Shown here: positions 1 to 9,317 of the stretch, piece after piece
How the letters are laid out: each line of letters starts with the position of its first letter
How positions within the stretch are numbered: position 1 is the stretch's first letter
Origin: an uncultured delta proteobacterium
Lineage (GTDB): Bacteria; Myxococcota_A; Polyangia; Polyangiales; Polyangiaceae
Length of the DNA stretch: 64,000 nucleotides
Assembly: GCA_963716725.1 (NCBI GenBank)
Contig: CAVQUB010000005.1
Location: 384,001-448,000, forward strand
Reading direction: 5' to 3'
Made by a program: the position numbers and the translations under genes
The notes under the pieces: model-generated
The model's database searches: none
Seen by the model: only the letters and a program-made list of their open reading frames with translations
What the model was told of the DNA's origin: nothing

Positions 1-730
1 CAACACGCTGAGCGAGTAGTAGAGCTTGTCGCCGAAGAGCTTCTTGTCGACGCGCAGTCCGATGTCGCGCTTGTCGCCAAAACGGCGCACGACCGCCGCA
101 CGCTCCGGGAACAGCAGCTTCGACGACCCGTTGTAGCCTTCCCAGGTCACCGGCATCTTGAACTGTCCGAAGGAGACATCGGCGTAGTCGCTCATGAAGG
201 TGACGAAGAAGTCCTGCAAGATCGAGATGGTGCTCTGGCTCGCCGGCTGTTGCTGGACCGCGACGCTGGTCGAGCCGTCTGCGGTGGGCGCCGTGGTCTT
301 CTGCGGTTCGAGCACCTTGGCTGGATCGATCATGAGCTGATACGCGACGCGCATCGGCACGATCTCGCCCTTGATGCGGATCTCAGCGCGGCGCAGCCGG
401 AAGGTCGAGGGCGCCTTCACACCCTTCTGCCGCGGCACGAACAACCAGCCTTGGAGCAGCGCGCCGGGTTGGAACCACCCCTCTTTGCCCACGGACAGCT
501 TCGACGGCTCGTCGCTCCGCTCAAGCGGCGGCGGGGGCTCGGGGGCCGACGGCGGGAGTGCCGGCGCGAGTGAGGGAGCAGCTTCCGCAGCTGCTGCGGC
601 GGGAGGATCCGCGGCCGGAGGAGCGGGCTCGGTCAGGATCGGGCTCCGGGGCCGGCTCGCCCTGGGCGAATGCGGGGACGGTGTGGCATAGCGCGAGCAG
701 GACGCCCGCTGTCGACAGGGAGATGCGCAT
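1..730 (-). CDS. Phosphate-selective porin OprO/OprP-like outer-membrane protein (3' end outside window; frameshift near 635)
   Basis: Signal peptide MRISLSTAGVLLALCHTVPAFAQ starts at 730. After a frame change the ORF reads ...FRLRRAEIRIKG...LQDFFV...FGQFKMPVTWEGYNGSSKLLFPERA...RDIG, typical of the porin O/P family. A Pho box lies upstream and phoBR is nearby. Confidence 0.75.
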
Positions 731-761
731 GGTGTTGACCTCTCGGTGCTTTTGCTCGCCT

Positions 762-793
762 CGTGTGACGGCGACGTGACAAGGGCGTGAGAT
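762..793 (-). promoter_or_regulatory. Pho box (three 11-bp-period TCAC/GTCAC half-sites) upstream of the porin
   Basis: GTGAC at 765 and 776 and GTGA at 787 on the + strand, exactly 11 bp apart. The minus strand reads atcTCACgccc-ttGTCACgtcg-ccGTCACacga, resembling the PhoB CTGTCAT-N4 repeat. Confidence 0.7.
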
Positions 794-829
794 TCGAGAA
801 AAATGAGCGGTTCGACGGGAGAGACGGTG

Positions 830-1348
830 ATGAACTACCTCAGCTGCGTGGCGATTGCGACGGCCGCGTGGCTCGCCGTAGGCTGCGGTTGTGCGGCATC
901 GAACGAGCGCCAATCGGAACGGGGGGCGACCATCGGGGCCCCGAAGCACGAGGCGTGGGGCGCCTACTTCTCGCTCCCGCCCGGGTTCAGCGGCGGAGAG
1001 AACGACGCTGGCGGCATCGAGCTGACCGATGGCGAGATCGCCGTCATGGTCGGTCGTCACCCGATCGACGAAGGTGAGTCGTTCGAGAGTTTTGCCGAGG
1101 CGAGACGCCGTTCCCTCGCCGACCTCGGCGCTGCGTCGACGCTGCTGCGGTCGGCGCACCGGATCGGCGATCGCGACGGTTTCGTCTTCTCGGGGCGCGG
1201 CGCCGACGGCGTCGAGCTGCGCCTCTTGCTCGTGCCGCTCGATCCGCGCACCGGCCTCAGTTTCTTGCTGGTCGGCGAGGCCGGTCGGGCCGGTCGCCTG
1301 GACCTCGCTTGGACGACGCTGCTCGGCTCCCTCGAGCTGCCGAAGTGA
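830..1348 (+). CDS. Hypothetical lipoprotein
   Basis: Hydrophobic N-terminus with lipobox-like LAVGC/GC; the ORF track shows an open frame 803..1348. Confidence 0.6.
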   Translation: MNYLSCVAIATAAWLAVGCGCAASNERQSERGATIGAPKHEAWGAYFSLPPGFSGGENDAGGIELTDGEIAVMVGRHPIDEGESFESFAEARRRSLADLGAASTLLRSAHRIGDRDGFVFSGRGADGVELRLLLVPLDPRTGLSFLLVGEAGRAGRLDLAWTTLLGSLELPK

Positions 1349-1391
1349 ACGATTCGCGCTCCGCGGCGGCGCTTGCTATGGTCGGGGCTCG

Positions 1392-1757
1392 GTGACAGAA
1401 CCCAAGAACGACGAGGGCTTGGACACCGCGGCCATCGACGATGGCTGGGGTGATGACGACCCTGGAAAGTACCCGGAGGGGCACCCCGAGCTGGTGCCGG
1501 CGGAGAGCCCTGCGCCAGCGCTCCCGAAGCCCGTCATCGAAGCGGTTCACAAGCCGGTGCCCCGTGCGCCTGCAGCGCCGCTTCCCTCCGCCTCGGCGGC
1601 GTCCGACGACGACATCGAGTTCGAACAAGACGTCATCGCGCGTGATTCGATGCCGACCGTTCAGCACCCGAACCCGCTCCAGTTCGATCAGGATCCCGAC
1701 GCAAAGACCCGGGTGCCCAAGCCGCCGCCGCTGCCGAAGTTCAGGAAGAAGCGCTAG
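1392..1757 (+). CDS. Hypothetical acidic/Pro-rich disordered protein
   Basis: GTG start 9 nt after TATGGT; sequence VTEPKNDEGLDTAAIDDGWGDDD...PPPLPKFRKKR; GC3-rich codons. Confidence 0.55.
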   Translation: MTEPKNDEGLDTAAIDDGWGDDDPGKYPEGHPELVPAESPAPALPKPVIEAVHKPVPRAPAAPLPSASAASDDDIEFEQDVIARDSMPTVQHPNPLQFDQDPDAKTRVPKPPPLPKFRKKR

Positions 1758-3567
1758 TCTCGCCGCCGGCCGCTGCGGTGGATGCCGGACGCTCGACCGC
1801 AGGCGGCAGCGTCGTGCGTAGGGTGAATGAGAACCGTGCTCCCTTGCCGTGTTCGCTCTCCACTCGCGTCGCTCCGCCCATGGCCTCGACCAGGTGCTTG
1901 ACGATGGAGAGGCCGAGCCCCGTGCCCCCGAGCTCTCGCGACCGCCCGGCGTCCACGCGGTAGAAGCGTTCGAACAGCCGTGGCAAATGGCGCGCCTCGA
2001 TGCCGGGACCGTCGTCCGCGACCTCGACTCGGATGAGGTCGCCCTCCTCGCGAGCGCCGATCGTGATCGTCGAGCCGCTAGCGCAGTACTTGACAGCGTT
2101 GTCGACGAGATTGGTGAGCACGTGCTCGAGTGCCTTCTCGTCCACCACGACCTTGGGCAGCGATTCGAGCACCGCGCACACCAGTCGAACGCCCTTCTTG
2201 TCCGCGCGGTCGCGGAACAAAGCGATCACACTCTCCGTCCGTCGCTGGAGATGCACGGGCGAGAAGCGGAGCTGGTAGGTCTGGGACTCGATGCGGGAAA
2301 GATCCAGGAGGTCTTCGACCAGCTCGCGGAGGCGCTCGGCGTTGCGATCGATCATGGCCAAGAAGTGCCGTGCAGCCTCGGGATCCCGCTCCAGGGCCCC
2401 GTCCAGCGTCTCGGCGGCCGAGCGAATGGCCGTCACCGGTGTGCGAAGCTCGTGGGACACGTTGGCCACGAAGTCTCGCCGCATGGTCTCGAGCCGACGC
2501 GTGTCGGTGACGTCCACGAACACAGCGAGGGTGCCGCCTTGCTCGCCCGGCAGTGGAGCGGCTCGCACCAAGAGGCGGCGCGGTTTGAGCCCGCCGACCT
2601 CGATCTCGCGCGACCGGGTCTGGTCATGCTCCGAGCACTCGTCCAGTAGGGACTTCAGCTCCGCGTGGCGGATCACTTCCAGCGGGGTCTGGCCTTGGGC
2701 GTCCGACGGCAGCAGGAGCATTTCGCGCAGCGCGGGATTGACCAGCGCGACGCGCCCGTCGCGGTCGACGAGCAGCACGCCTTCGGCCATCCCGCTCAAG
2801 ATCCCGGCCACGCGATCGCGCTCGACACGCAGTTCCGTGAGCGTCGAGCTCAAGCTGGAAGCGAGCTGATCTAGAGCGCGTCCCAACTCGCCGATCTCGT
2901 CCTGCTCGGATTGCCGAGTCCGCGTCTCGAGGTCTCCCGCTGCCATTCGGCGAGCCGCCTCGGTCAACGCATGGGCGTCTCTCCAGACGAGCTGCGCTGC
3001 GGCGCTCGAAAGCACGATGGCGATGGCGATGGCCATCAGCGCTGCAACGGTGGCGAGCCGCTGCAGGCCGGAGACGACTGCGTCCACTCGCTCGAGCGAT
3101 ACGGACAGGCGAGCCACTCCCACGAGCTTGCTGCCCTGCTGCACCGGCTCCGCCAGGTAGAGCATGCGTCGTCCGACCGTCGCGCTCAGTCGGACCTCCT
3201 CGCCGGGCAGACCGGCGATCGCGGCCTTGACCTCGGGTCGGTCGCGGTGGTTCTCGACCCTCGAAATCTCGGCGTGGTTCAGCTCGGAATCGCCGAACAC
3301 CGCGCCGTTGGGTGAAATCAGCGTTACCCGCGCCTCGGCGCGCTGCCCGAGGATTTGCGCCAGTGTCTGCCACTGGTCTGGCGAGCGCGCCTTCGAATCG
3401 CCGATTTCTCGGGCGACCAGCCGCGCCCGTACCCGCAGATCGGAGCGCACGCTGGCCAGCGTGGACTGCTCCAACGCGCCCCGCAGGTAGGCGTAGCTCA
3501 CGAAGACCGGAACCAGGATCAGGCCGAGGGACAGCAAGAAGAGCTTGGCACGGATGCCCAGCTTCAA
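1741..3567 (-). CDS. phoR: Phosphate regulon sensor histidine kinase (TM, HAMP, PAS, HisKA, HATPase)
   Basis: H-box RRDFVANVSHELRTP, N-box NLVDNAVKY, G-boxes DDGPGI and FERFYRVD..RSRELGGTGLGLSIVKH; directly downstream of the PhoB-like regulator. Confidence 0.88.
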   Translation of the reverse strand: MKLGIRAKLFLLSLGLILVPVFVSYAYLRGALEQSTLASVRSDLRVRARLVAREIGDSKARSPDQWQTLAQILGQRAEARVTLISPNGAVFGDSELNHAEISRVENHRDRPEVKAAIAGLPGEEVRLSATVGRRMLYLAEPVQQGSKLVGVARLSVSLERVDAVVSGLQRLATVAALMAIAIAIVLSSAAAQLVWRDAHALTEAARRMAAGDLETRTRQSEQDEIGELGRALDQLASSLSSTLTELRVERDRVAGILSGMAEGVLLVDRDGRVALVNPALREMLLLPSDAQGQTPLEVIRHAELKSLLDECSEHDQTRSREIEVGGLKPRRLLVRAAPLPGEQGGTLAVFVDVTDTRRLETMRRDFVANVSHELRTPVTAIRSAAETLDGALERDPEAARHFLAMIDRNAERLRELVEDLLDLSRIESQTYQLRFSPVHLQRRTESVIALFRDRADKKGVRLVCAVLESLPKVVVDEKALEHVLTNLVDNAVKYCASGSTITIGAREEGDLIRVEVADDGPGIEARHLPRLFERFYRVDAGRSRELGGTGLGLSIVKHLVEAMGGATRVESEHGKGARFSFTLRTTLPPAVERPASTAAAGGETSASS

Positions 3568-4271
3568 GTCGAGCCCTCGTCGGGAGCGTCCCGGAAGCGA
3601 TAGCCGACGCCGCGCACCGTCTCCACGTAGTCGCGGGCGCTCTCCAGCTTCTCGCGCAGACGCTTGACGTGCGTGTCCACGGTGCGCGTCGTGATGTCCG
3701 CTTGGATGCCCCAGACGTCATCGAGCAGCGCAGCCCGGGTCTGCACGCGATTCTTCCGATCGTAGAGCGTGACCAGAAGGCGGAACTCCAGGGCGGTCAG
3801 CTCGATTTCGCTTTCGTCGACCCAGACACGGTGCGCCCCTCGATCGATCCTGAGCGATCCGAACTCGATGCTGGCCGTGGTGGCTGGCGGTCGCTCACTG
3901 CTCGAGGCGCGGCGCAAGATGGCCTGAATGCGGAGCAGGAGCTCGCGCACGCTGAAGGGTTTGACGATGTAGTCGTCGACGCCGAGTTCGAAGCCGACGA
4001 CGCGGTCGATCTCTTCGCCGCGCGCCGTCAGCATCACCACCGGAATCGCGCGCGTCGTCGGATCGTCCTTCAGCGCCCGGCAGACCTCGGTGCCGGCGAG
4101 GTCGGGCAGCATCAGGTCCAGCAAGATCAGGTCCGGCGCCTCGGCGCGCGCCAAGCGCAACCCGTCCGCGCCTCGTCCGGCGGAGATGGCTTCGTGTCCC
4201 GCTCCGCGCAGGTTGTACGTCAGCACCTGCTGCAGGTCTGGTTCGTCCTCGATGACGAGCACTTTGGCCAT
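3564..4271 (-). CDS. phoB: OmpR/PhoB-family response regulator
   Basis: MAKVLVIEDE...DLMLP...MLTARGEEIDRVVGFELGVDDYIVKPFS...RTVDTHVKRLREKL...ETVRGVGYRF; start set at ATG 4271. Confidence 0.9.
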   Translation of the reverse strand: MAKVLVIEDEPDLQQVLTYNLRGAGHEAISAGRGADGLRLARAEAPDLILLDLMLPDLAGTEVCRALKDDPTTRAIPVVMLTARGEEIDRVVGFELGVDDYIVKPFSVRELLLRIQAILRRASSSERPPATTASIEFGSLRIDRGAHRVWVDESEIELTALEFRLLVTLYDRKNRVQTRAALLDDVWGIQADITTRTVDTHVKRLREKLESARDYVETVRGVGYRFRDAPDEGST

Positions 4272-4291
4272 CGCCCCTTCAGTACCCCGAG

Positions 4292-4313
4292 TCTGTGACG
4301 AACGGGTGACGAC
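4292..4313 (-). promoter_or_regulatory. Pho box (two half-sites) upstream of phoB, probable autoregulation site
   Basis: GTGAC at 4295 and 4306, 11 bp apart; the minus strand reads tcGTCACccgt-tcGTCACagac. Same motif as upstream of the porin. Confidence 0.65.
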
Positions 4314-4542
4314 GTCCGCGAGGGGCAGAATCATACTCCGACAGCGCGCGAAAGTCCGTGCGTTCTGCGGTCGCGGGTGGCGTTCCCGACCGCAATTGCT
4401 GCGCGTCTCGCCCGTGGCGCGAAGCGCGGGATTCCGGTCTGGCTCGGGTCCCATTTCGAGCGTACTCTCGAAGCATATTCTCGTGTCGGGGGACCGGCGC
4501 GTCTCTTTCGTTGGCTTCGCAGCGCGTGGCAACCGGGAGGTG

Positions 4543-4932
4543 ATGGCGATGGCATTTGAAGGAATCGAGCGACGGTCGAACCGGCGTGTCGACGTTCCGG
4601 CGACGGCGACGTTGGTGCGTGGAGGGGCGACCGCGAGTCGCTTCATCGTGGCGAATCTCTCCGCCGCAGGTGCGCTCTTGATCGGCGACAGCGAGCTGGG
4701 TCGAGGCGACTCGGCCCTGATGCGGATCGAGTCGCCGGGCTGCGAGCCGGTGCTCGTGAGAGCGCGCATCCTGCGCGGCGGCAACGGCGACGGCGTGAAC
4801 GCCCTGGCGGTCGAGTTCCGACACCGGAGCCCCGATACCGAGGACGCCATTCAAGACGTCGTGCTCTGTGCGCTCGAGGCGGAGGCCCGGTCGTATCGCC
4901 ACCCGTCGGACGTGGTGGACGCGTTCGTCTGA
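4543..4932 (+). CDS. Stand-alone PilZ-domain protein
   Basis: RxxxR (RSNRR) and N/DxSxxG (NLSAAG) motifs; GGAGG RBS at 4536-4540. Confidence 0.8.
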   Translation: MAMAFEGIERRSNRRVDVPATATLVRGGATASRFIVANLSAAGALLIGDSELGRGDSALMRIESPGCEPVLVRARILRGGNGDGVNALAVEFRHRSPDTEDAIQDVVLCALEAEARSYRHPSDVVDAFV

Positions 4933-4974
4933 AGGCGTGTCGAAAAGTGGCGGAGAGCAAGCCGGCGGAGCCGG

Positions 4975-5016
4975 CCCACCCCGTCGAGTGTCGCGCAGCG
5001 CGTCGCGTGGGGTGGG
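4975..5016. repeat. GC-rich stem-loop (REP-like or terminator-like) between convergent genes
   Basis: CCCACCCC...GGGGTGGG arms enclose partly self-complementary sequence. Confidence 0.35.
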
Positions 5017-5206
5017 GAGGCCCAGCGCTCCGAATCCGATGCAAGCGCGTGCGAACTGGCTGCGACTCATCCGACCTCTAGCGCGCGCAACGAAAAGAAA
5101 CCGAAGGCGACCGCACGACGCTGTCCAAGCGAGCCTCGCCGCCCGAACAGCAGAGGGTGCCCACGCTCGACAGTTGAACCGGAGCGAGGTGCTGCGCTGC
5201 TGGCGA

Positions 5207-5735
5207 TCAGCCGTCGAGCATTTCCTGAAGCGCGTAGAGCGTCTTCTGCGGAAACCTCGCGAGCGGGTAGAACCGCTCGAGAAGCTCCAGCGCTGCCTCG
5301 TACGCCGCCAAATTCAGGTAGCGGAGCAAGTAGCGAATGTCCGCTTCATCGTGAAATTCGGGTCCTAGCCGCATGGCCAGGCACTTCATCGCCAGCAGGT
5401 ACTCCGGCGTGGCGGTTGAAACCGTGAGGTTCGGCAAGACGAGATACGGGGCGAAAGAGCCGCGCGCACTGAGGTATCCCTTGGCTGCGTCGTTCAGCCA
5501 GTCCGCTGCCAGCCCGTGCTCGTGCCCGACTCGAGCCGCTGCCTCTCTCAGCTCCCGCGTGGGAGCAAACAGCGCGTCCACGTCGCGTGTCGCCTCCCGC
5601 GCCCCGTATACTAGGCACATCACGGCGCCGCCAATCACGTAGAATCTCACCGTGCACGTTGCGCGTGCCGAGGGCGCCGTCGAGCGCGCTGAACAACACT
5701 CTGATTTGCGCCGCGGTGAGCGCACTCTCGCTCAC
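5207..5735 (-). CDS. Pol-beta-superfamily nucleotidyltransferase (DUF6036/AbiEii-like), putative toxin; frameshift near 5645
   Basis: VSESALTAAQIRVLFSALDGALGTRNVHGE joined to YVIGGAVMCLVYGAREATRDVD (GG...TxDxD), then WLND, YLLAMK and DEADI. The GTG start overlaps the upstream stop (GTGA). Confidence 0.7.
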
Positions 5736-6223
5736 ACGCGGCCTCCGACCGATGTGTCGACGAACAAGTTGCGGCGGCGGAACGCGGGCGGTGAGCTCGC
5801 CAGCAGGTGCAAGCGAAGACTCCGGAGCTCGGTTGCAAACCACGGCGTTGGGAGGGCAGCAGTTCCGAGCACCCACTCCGGCACACGCGCGTGCTTCAGT
5901 GAAGCCGCGTGCTCGATCATCGCCGCCACGAGCGCGTCGTCGGGGCTCGCCAGCCGCAGCGGCGCCGGGTCTTCGAGCACCCGGTAAAGCTCTTCCGAGC
6001 CGAGACCGCCAAAGAAGTCGTGCAGGGCAGCGAGGCTGAGCGACCGGCGCTCGCCAGCCGCAAGCTCGCGCAAGAGTCGCTCGAACTGCGCTCGCTTGGG
6101 CGGAAAGGCCACGGAGAGCACCCACTCCGACACGCTCATTCCGGCGGCTCGGGCCCGCTGCCGCAGCAGCGCCTTCTGTCGCGAGGAAACGCGGATCTGT
6201 AGCTGAGAACCCTTGGTTTCCAT
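5732..6223 (-). CDS. Putative antitoxin/regulator with N-terminal ribbon-helix-helix (DUF1778/MobC-like)
   Basis: QLQIRVSSRQKALLRQRARAAGMSVSEWVL has an RHH pattern; C-terminus ...PEW...PWF...SPPAFRRRNLFV; translationally coupled to the nucleotidyltransferase. Confidence 0.7.
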   Translation of the reverse strand: METKGSQLQIRVSSRQKALLRQRARAAGMSVSEWVLSVAFPPKRAQFERLLRELAAGERRSLSLAALHDFFGGLGSEELYRVLEDPAPLRLASPDDALVAAMIEHAASLKHARVPEWVLGTAALPTPWFATELRSLRLHLLASSPPAFRRRNLFVDTSVGGRV

Positions 6224-6231
6224 GCCACTTC

Positions 6232-6276
6232 AGGGTGCGCCCAGCCTCGGTCGATGTCAATACTCCTGTATTGACA
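6232..6276 (-). promoter_or_regulatory. Sigma70-type promoter (TTGACA-N17-CACCCT) with an overlapping perfect palindrome (operator)
   Basis: TGTCAATAC-tcct-GTATTGACA at 6255-6276. Minus-strand -35 at 6260-6255, -10 at 6237-6232, ATG 8 nt later. Confidence 0.75.
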
Positions 6277-6376
6277 GGCTGTAAGACGAAGCCAACTCGC
6301 GCCCCTCGCGTTCGACGGTCGCCAGACGAGAGACGGTGGGGTCCGACCTGCTGTTGGTCGAGAGTTCGTGAGCGTG

Positions 6377-7531
6377 CTACCGACCTGACCCCGCACACTC
6401 GGTCAGAACTTCTCGCGCGGCCGCGACCAGATCTCGCGGCGCGCCGCCCTCCTCCTGGCGTGGGTCCCAACCCGTGAGTCGCACGAGCGTCGCGAGGGGC
6501 TGCTCGAGCCGGCGCTTCCACACGGTCTGCTTCCGCTCGTCGGACGACTCGCGCTCGCCCTCGCGGAGGCCGCTCTCGACCACGCTCACCAGTGCGGGCA
6601 CCAGCTCCGGCGTGCCCAGGTGTTCGGCCAAGGCGACGTAGCGCTCGCGCACCCACCAGGCGAAGGGCTCGTCGAAGCGAGGGGCCGCCTGGAGGAAGCT
6701 CTGCACGAAGAACTCGCGCTCGTCGGCGCTCGCGACGGATGGTTCGAGCGGAACCTTGTCGAGCAGCGGGTCGAGCGCTGCCCGGGCGGCTTGCAGGCCC
6801 AAGTAGCGGGTCTGACCGCTGCTGCCTGGGTACCCGGTGAAGTGGCGCACGAGCTCGTGCGAGCCCCCGCTGAGCCGGAAGTAGAGGTGGAAGTTGCCGC
6901 TCGACGTCGAGAAGCTGCGCCCCCACATGCCGTTGGGCGGCGGCGGCGGCTCGATCTCGCGGATCCGCACCGTCAGCGCGGGGCGCGCAATGGTGAGGGC
7001 CTTGGACAGCGTCTTCTCGCTGAGGCGTCCGCGTCCGATGCGCACTGGCGACTCTCCCGCCTTCGCCGCCGTGTAGTAGCCGTGGTTGGCGATGGCGAGC
7101 ACCTCGAAGTCGGTCCCGCCACGTTCCCTTCGTAGGCGCCAGAGCTCGAGGCCACCGCCGTGTCCCGAGCCGGTCTCGACCACGATTTCGTCCACGTCGG
7201 TTGTGAAGGGATCACAATCGAAGCTCACGTCGACCACGCTGCCGTTGACCGACCGATCGTAGTCTTTGACGATCTGCTTGGCGACCAGCTTCTCCGCCCG
7301 CCGATGGTCGACGCAGGTGTCGGCCTCGTAGATCTTTGCCGCGGCTCGGGCCTTGGGCGGGCCGTCCGGCATGCAGCGATTCGGCTTTGGCCTCCTGGGC
7401 GGCGGGGCCAGCGCCCGGGTCGGGGCGGGAGCAACCATGGGGACCGGTGGCAACGGCGCCTGGGGGGCTCGGACGACGGGCTGCGTGGCGCAGCCAGCGA
7501 GGATCAACGTCAATACGAGCGCCCGGTGCAT
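6377..7531 (-). CDS. Hypothetical lipoprotein
   Basis: MHRALVLTLILAGC lipobox, Pro-rich linker, long ORF with coding-like codon usage. Confidence 0.7.
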   Translation of the reverse strand: MHRALVLTLILAGCATQPVVRAPQAPLPPVPMVAPAPTRALAPPPRRPKPNRCMPDGPPKARAAAKIYEADTCVDHRRAEKLVAKQIVKDYDRSVNGSVVDVSFDCDPFTTDVDEIVVETGSGHGGGLELWRLRRERGGTDFEVLAIANHGYYTAAKAGESPVRIGRGRLSEKTLSKALTIARPALTVRIREIEPPPPPNGMWGRSFSTSSGNFHLYFRLSGGSHELVRHFTGYPGSSGQTRYLGLQAARAALDPLLDKVPLEPSVASADEREFFVQSFLQAAPRFDEPFAWWVRERYVALAEHLGTPELVPALVSVVESGLREGERESSDERKQTVWKRRLEQPLATLVRLTGWDPRQEEGGAPRDLVAAAREVLTECAGSGR

Positions 7532-7752
7532 GCTCGAAGGAACACCGTGTGGCCCATAGGTTCCCGAAGGCCGGAGCTTCATCTACACCAGCGGCCGGGC
7601 ATCGGCGAATCGGGGCAACCCCCGCCGTGTCGAGGCGGCGACGCCGGGGGGCGATCCCCCCCATGCGCCGGGAATTGCCGAGGACCCGCCTGCCGAGTTG
7701 ACAACCGCGGTGCGCGGTAAGAATTTGCGGCGCCGACAACTTGGAGGTTCTC

Positions 7753-8604
7753 GTGATCCTGAAGCGTCTCGTTGCATCTTTTCTGGTTCTGACCGCCGTT
7801 CAGGGCTGCGGCTACTCCGAGGACGAGTGGCAGGCCCAGCTCGCCAAATACGGACAGCTCGACCAACAATACAAGGGCGAGCAGTCCGATCACGCGAAGA
7901 CTCGCGCCGAGTTCGAGAAGACTCAGAAGCGTGTTTCGGACCTTACGGATCAGCTCAAGCGCATGGGCGTCGACATGGATCAGCTCAACAAAGCCCTCGA
8001 GCAGACCGGCACCGAGAAGGATCGCCTCGCTGCGAATGTCTCCGATCTCAACAAGGCGCTCAGCGAGTACAAGGCGCGCGCTGAGCAGCTCGAGCGGATC
8101 AAGCAGCGCTTCGAGCTGCTCCGAGATCGACTCAAGAAATTGACGAACCTCGGGCTCAAGGTCGAGGTGCGGCGCAACCGCATGGTGATTCGCTTGCCCG
8201 GCGACGTGCTCTTCGCATCCGGCAAGGACGATCTGAAAGGCGAAGGCGAGAAGGTGCTGCAAGCCGTCGCGGACGTGATCCGAGGGGACGAGCAGCTCAA
8301 GAAGCGCTTCTTCCAGGTGGCGGGCCATACCGACAACAAGCCGCTCAAGGGCGGGCAGTTCGGAGACAACTGGGGCCTCAGCGTGATGCGGGCCCGGCGA
8401 GTGCTGCTCTATTTGGTTGCGGCGACCGACGCGAAGAACGGCGGCGGCGGCCTCGACACCAACAACTTGCACGCCGCGGGCTACGGTGAGACTGACCCCG
8501 TCGCGGACAACGCCAACGATCCGGGGCGGCAGTCGAACCGCCGCGTCGAGCTGGTGATCATGCCCGACGTCGAAGAGATGCTGGACCTCAAGACCCTGAT
8601 TTGA
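7753..8604 (+). CDS. OmpA/MotB-family peptidoglycan-binding lipoprotein with N-terminal coiled coil
   Basis: Lipobox VQGC, heptad-rich region, then VLFASG...GHTDN...NWGLSVMRA...GYGE..P...NRRVE; GGAGG RBS at 7743. Confidence 0.85.
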   Translation: MILKRLVASFLVLTAVQGCGYSEDEWQAQLAKYGQLDQQYKGEQSDHAKTRAEFEKTQKRVSDLTDQLKRMGVDMDQLNKALEQTGTEKDRLAANVSDLNKALSEYKARAEQLERIKQRFELLRDRLKKLTNLGLKVEVRRNRMVIRLPGDVLFASGKDDLKGEGEKVLQAVADVIRGDEQLKKRFFQVAGHTDNKPLKGGQFGDNWGLSVMRARRVLLYLVAATDAKNGGGGLDTNNLHAAGYGETDPVADNANDPGRQSNRRVELVIMPDVEEMLDLKTLI

Positions 8605-8654
8605 GCGGGATTTCCTCGAAGGTCTTGGGGGGGGCCGACGAGTTCGTCGGCCTC

Positions 8655-8680
8655 GAAACTCGGGGCGACCTGCGGGCGTA
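8655..8680 (+). promoter_or_regulatory. ECF-type promoter (GAAAC-N17-CGTA), probable autoregulation
   Basis: AAC at 8657-8659 and CGT at 8677-8679, immediately upstream of the ECF sigma gene. Confidence 0.45.
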
Positions 8681-8687
8681 GTCGTAT

Positions 8688-9317
8688 GTGTGGCCGGACT
8701 CGATTCAGCTCTCCTTCGCCGCTGAGGCCGGCCTCAGCGTGCCCCGGCTGTGGGCGAGGCTCGAGGTGACCGCGCCCGCGGACACGACGCTCGAAGCGCT
8801 CATGGAGCGCTACGTGGACGGAGACGAGGCCGCCTTCGACGCTCTGTATCAGCGCTCCTCGTCCCGGCTGTTTGGCTACCTGCTGCGGCTGACCCGAAGT
8901 CGGGAGCGGGCAGAAGATCTCCTCCAGGTGACCTACTCGAAGGTCCACCGAGCCCGTGGCAGCTACCTCCGAGGCGCGCCGGTCATGCCTTGGTTCATCG
9001 CCATCGCCCGCCGCTCATTTCTCGACGAGCGCCGATCCGCCAAGGTACGAAAAGAAGATCTGAGTTCCGACGGGACCCTGCCCGAGCCGAGCAGCGTGAA
9101 CCAGGACGTCGGCGACGACGTGGCCGACGCTCTCGAGCGTGCCTTGGATTCGCTGCCCGAGAATTATCGGGAGGCGATCGTCTTGACCAAGGTCACCGGG
9201 CTTTCGCTGGCGGAGGCTTCCGAGGTCTTGGGGGCCACCCCCACGGCGTTGAAGCTCCGCGTGCATCGCGGTTACGTGAAGCTGCGCGAACGCCTCGACC
9301 AGTACAAACGCCAATGA
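8688..9317 (+). CDS. ECF RNA polymerase sigma factor (true start may be downstream, e.g. GTG 8766)
   Basis: Region 2 (GDEAAFDALY...AEDLLQVTY...WFIAIARR) and region 4 (LPENYREAIVL...SLAEASEVLG...KLRVHRG). Confidence 0.9.
   Translation: MWPDSIQLSFAAEAGLSVPRLWARLEVTAPADTTLEALMERYVDGDEAAFDALYQRSSSRLFGYLLRLTRSRERAEDLLQVTYSKVHRARGSYLRGAPVMPWFIAIARRSFLDERRSAKVRKEDLSSDGTLPEPSSVNQDVGDDVADALERALDSLPENYREAIVLTKVTGLSLAEASEVLGATPTALKLRVHRGYVKLRERLDQYKRQ

Noticed and set aside
3564..4850. 428-aa extended PhoB ORF
   Set aside because: The extension overlaps the PilZ gene antisense; the RBS and Pho box support ATG 4271.
4933..6376. Mobile element or integration site around the TA-like cassette
   Set aside because: No integrase, transposase, tRNA, terminal inverted repeats or target duplication were seen.
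7753..8604. Flagellar stator motB
   Set aside because: It has a lipoprotein signal rather than the Asp-bearing TM helix, and no motA partner is present.
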